Of a stretch of 54,213 nucleotides of DNA, positions 52,779-54,213 are shown piece after piece; the first letter of the stretch is position 1, and each line of letters begins with the position of its first letter. The position numbers and the translations under genes were made by a program. The stretch is taken from the NCBI GenBank assembly GCA_030037955.1, contig JASHPT010000082.1:1-54213 (forward strand), read 5' to 3'. Source of the stretch: Thermoplasmata archaeon. Lineage in GTDB: Archaea > Thermoplasmatota > Thermoplasmata > Lutacidiplasmatales > UBA184. The notes below the pieces were generated by a model. The model saw nothing but the letters and a program-made list of their open reading frames with translations, did no database searches and was not told the origin of the DNA.

Positions 52779-53273
52779 TTACCGCGGACCGCCGGGGAGA
52801 CCGCGGACGGCCCGCTCGAGCTTGTCCAGACAATTTTGCCACCCCGGGGCGAGCCGGGGAAGGATGTGCGGCGCTCCTTCGCGGAGCGTCTCCAGGCGTT
52901 CGTGGACGACCGTGATCTGGGTCTGTCCGTCCCCCCAGGGACGGAGCTCGACCTTGACCAGGGTATCAAAATACTCCCCCTTCTCCGGTTCGGTCCCGAC
53001 GAACGCCCAGTGGTAGACGAGCTCCCGCGGCGGGTCGATCTTGACGTAGCGTCCCTCGAACTTGCCGGTGCTCCGGCCGTCGCGCGAGTGCCAGACCTCG
53101 ATACGTCCCCCGACGCGAGCGTCCACCGTGATCCGGTCGAGGTCCAGATCGTCCGGGGTGATCCACTGACGCATCAGCTCGGGGTCGAGAAACGCGCGGA
53201 ACACCCGGTCGGGAGGGGCATGGAGGGTGCGCTCGATCCGGACCGCGACCTCCGATTCGTTCGGCCGGTTCAT
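52779..53273 (-). CDS. SRPBCC-superfamily protein (AHSA1/START-like)
   Basis: In-frame ATG (MNRPNESEVAVRIERTLHAPPDRVFRAFLDPELMRQW). ATGA overlap with the upstream ArsR gene. Confidence 0.8.
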   Translation of the reverse strand: MNRPNESEVAVRIERTLHAPPDRVFRAFLDPELMRQWITPDDLDLDRITVDARVGGRIEVWHSRDGRSTGKFEGRYVKIDPPRELVYHWAFVGTEPEKGEYFDTLVKVELRPWGDGQTQITVVHERLETLREGAPHILPRLAPGWQNCLDKLERAVRGLPGGPR

Positions 53274-53608
53274 GCCTTCCTCCGGGTCCGAGCCCGCGGC
53301 GGCCGCTGGAGTGCCTCGTCCATCCGGTCCAGCCCTTCCTGCCAGAACTGTTCGTAGTACGAAAGCCACTCGGACGCCTCTCGGAGCGAGCGTCCCTGGA
53401 TCGAGTACAGGTGCTGGCGGCCGACCGGGCGGAGGGACACCATGCCGGAGTCCCGGAGAATCCGCAGCTGCTTCGATACGGAGGGTTGGGTCATCCGGGT
53501 GCGGACGACCAGGTCGTTGACGGACTGCTCTCCCTCTCGGAGGGCCTCCAGCAGGTGCCGTCGCGACGGCTCCGCCAGGAGCTGAAACACGTCGGCCACG
53601 GGCCACAC
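53270..53608 (-). CDS. ArsR/SmtB family transcriptional regulator
   Basis: VFQLLAEPSRRHLLEALREGEQSVNDLVVRTRMTQPSVSKQLRILRDSGMV. GTG at 53608 or 53599. The latter lies about 25 nt from an ATATAT box, which is leaderless spacing. Confidence 0.8.
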   Translation of the reverse strand: MWPVADVFQLLAEPSRRHLLEALREGEQSVNDLVVRTRMTQPSVSKQLRILRDSGMVSLRPVGRQHLYSIQGRSLREASEWLSYYEQFWQEGLDRMDEALQRPPRARTRRKA

Positions 53609-53701
53609 ATACCTAAATGGATATATGTCTGTTTGCGCATGGAATCGCCGCGCCGGGGACCCCTGGGATCGCCCGGTGCCCGAAGACCTGGAGTGGAGAC
53701 G

Positions 53702-54213
53702 ATGCGCAAAGTGACCGCGAATGTGTACATGACCCTGGATGGCCGCGGCGAGTTCCCGACGTACCCGGGCTCCGACCGGCCCTCGCCGGAGGTCACCGCC
53801 CTCTTCCGGCACATGTGGTACGACCGGTTCGACGATGTCACGACGGTCGTCATGGGCCGCCGCTCCTTCCTGGGGCACCAGCGGACCTGGAGCGAGAAGG
53901 CCCGGAAGCCGGGCGAGGAGAAGTGGCTCCTCGACTACCGACGATACCTGGACCGCGTGGAGAAAATCTGCCTCTCGCACCGTCTCAAGTCCACCGACTG
54001 GGAAAACTCCCGGATCCTCCGGGGGGATCTCGCCCGGGTCCTGACGAAGCTGAGACGCGAAAAGGGCGGGAACATCATGGTCGAGGGAGGTCCCGCCGTG
54101 GTCCGCGAGTGTCTTCGCCGGAACCTGGCCGACGATTACTGGTTCTTCGTCATGCCCGTCGTCTACGGGAAGGGCCCACGGTACTGGGGGCCGGTGAAGG
54201 GCCAGACCACGCT
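53702..54213 (+). CDS. RibD_C/dihydrofolate-reductase-like protein; 3' end runs off the window
   Basis: My own translation: MRKVTANVYMTLDGRGEFP...VVMGRRSF...NIMVEGGPAVVRECLRRNLADDYWFFVMPVVYGKGPRYW. It is not in the ORF track because there is no stop in the window. Confidence 0.7.
   Translation, partial: MRKVTANVYMTLDGRGEFPTYPGSDRPSPEVTALFRHMWYDRFDDVTTVVMGRRSFLGHQRTWSEKARKPGEEKWLLDYRRYLDRVEKICLSHRLKSTDWENSRILRGDLARVLTKLRREKGGNIMVEGGPAVVRECLRRNLADDYWFFVMPVVYGKGPRYWGPVKGQTT

Noticed and set aside
49408-53016. 1202-aa ORF on the plus strand
   Set aside because: It is antisense to the well-supported surface-protein gene. Its composition is dominated by R/G/D/V/H/P, and it has no motif, signal or repeat logic of its own. 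This is a typical shadow ORF of high-GC coding DNA.
1-54213. CRISPR arrays, rRNA genes, transposase/IS elements
   Set aside because: I scanned for regularly spaced short direct repeats, rRNA-like conserved stretches and transposase or integrase motifs and found none. The only periodic repeats are in-frame coding repeats (S24e tail, surface protein).

Overview
Very GC-rich archaeal chromosomal segment (about two-thirds G+C by eye, not computed). I call about 60 protein genes and 2 tRNAs, and found no rRNA and no CRISPR array. The archaeal assignment rests on RNA polymerase subunits Rpo7/E', Rpo11/L and TFS, on Spt4, Alba, ribosomal proteins S24e and S27ae, type II GAPDH, archaeal-type ProRS, a Hef-like helicase and GTP-dependent dephospho-CoA kinase. 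The conserved block rpo7-spt4-DUF359-S24e-S27ae is present. Finer taxonomy cannot be resolved from this window.

Most of the window is housekeeping or metabolism. This includes ubiD-ubiA, ubiE/menG, purD, gdhA, aspA-like lyase, ALDH, ACAD, thiL, dut, AsnRS, ProRS, Trm5, KptA, two ABC-2 exporters and several regulators. Genes are tightly packed, with many ATGA/GTGA start-stop overlaps. Many genes have a TATA-like box about 25-32 nt upstream of the start codon, which suggests leaderless or near-leaderless mRNAs.

The many long Arg/Pro/Gly-rich ORFs in the six-frame track are off-frame shadows of high-GC coding DNA.

The most interesting structure is an accessory islet downstream of tRNA-Arg(CCG), roughly 42.06-49.2 kb. 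The last 23 nt of the tRNA (T-loop to 3' end) recur as direct repeats at 43682 and 44573, and a degenerate copy lies at 47749. These repeats cut the region into small integrase-less cassettes:
- GDPMH-like Nudix + VapBC
- zinc-ribbon-MNT + HEPN
- a truncated RibD_C gene + a P-type ATPase

Two more PIN toxin-antitoxin pairs follow.

Other points worth a second look:
- an S24e with a ~130-aa His/Lys/Glu-rich periodic C-terminal extension
- an effector-less STAND/TPR ATPase
- a DUF1614-RDD fusion membrane protein
- several proteins with extra N-terminal zinc ribbons
- a ~1130-aa YVTN beta-propeller surface protein with four tandem Cys-pair Ig-like repeats
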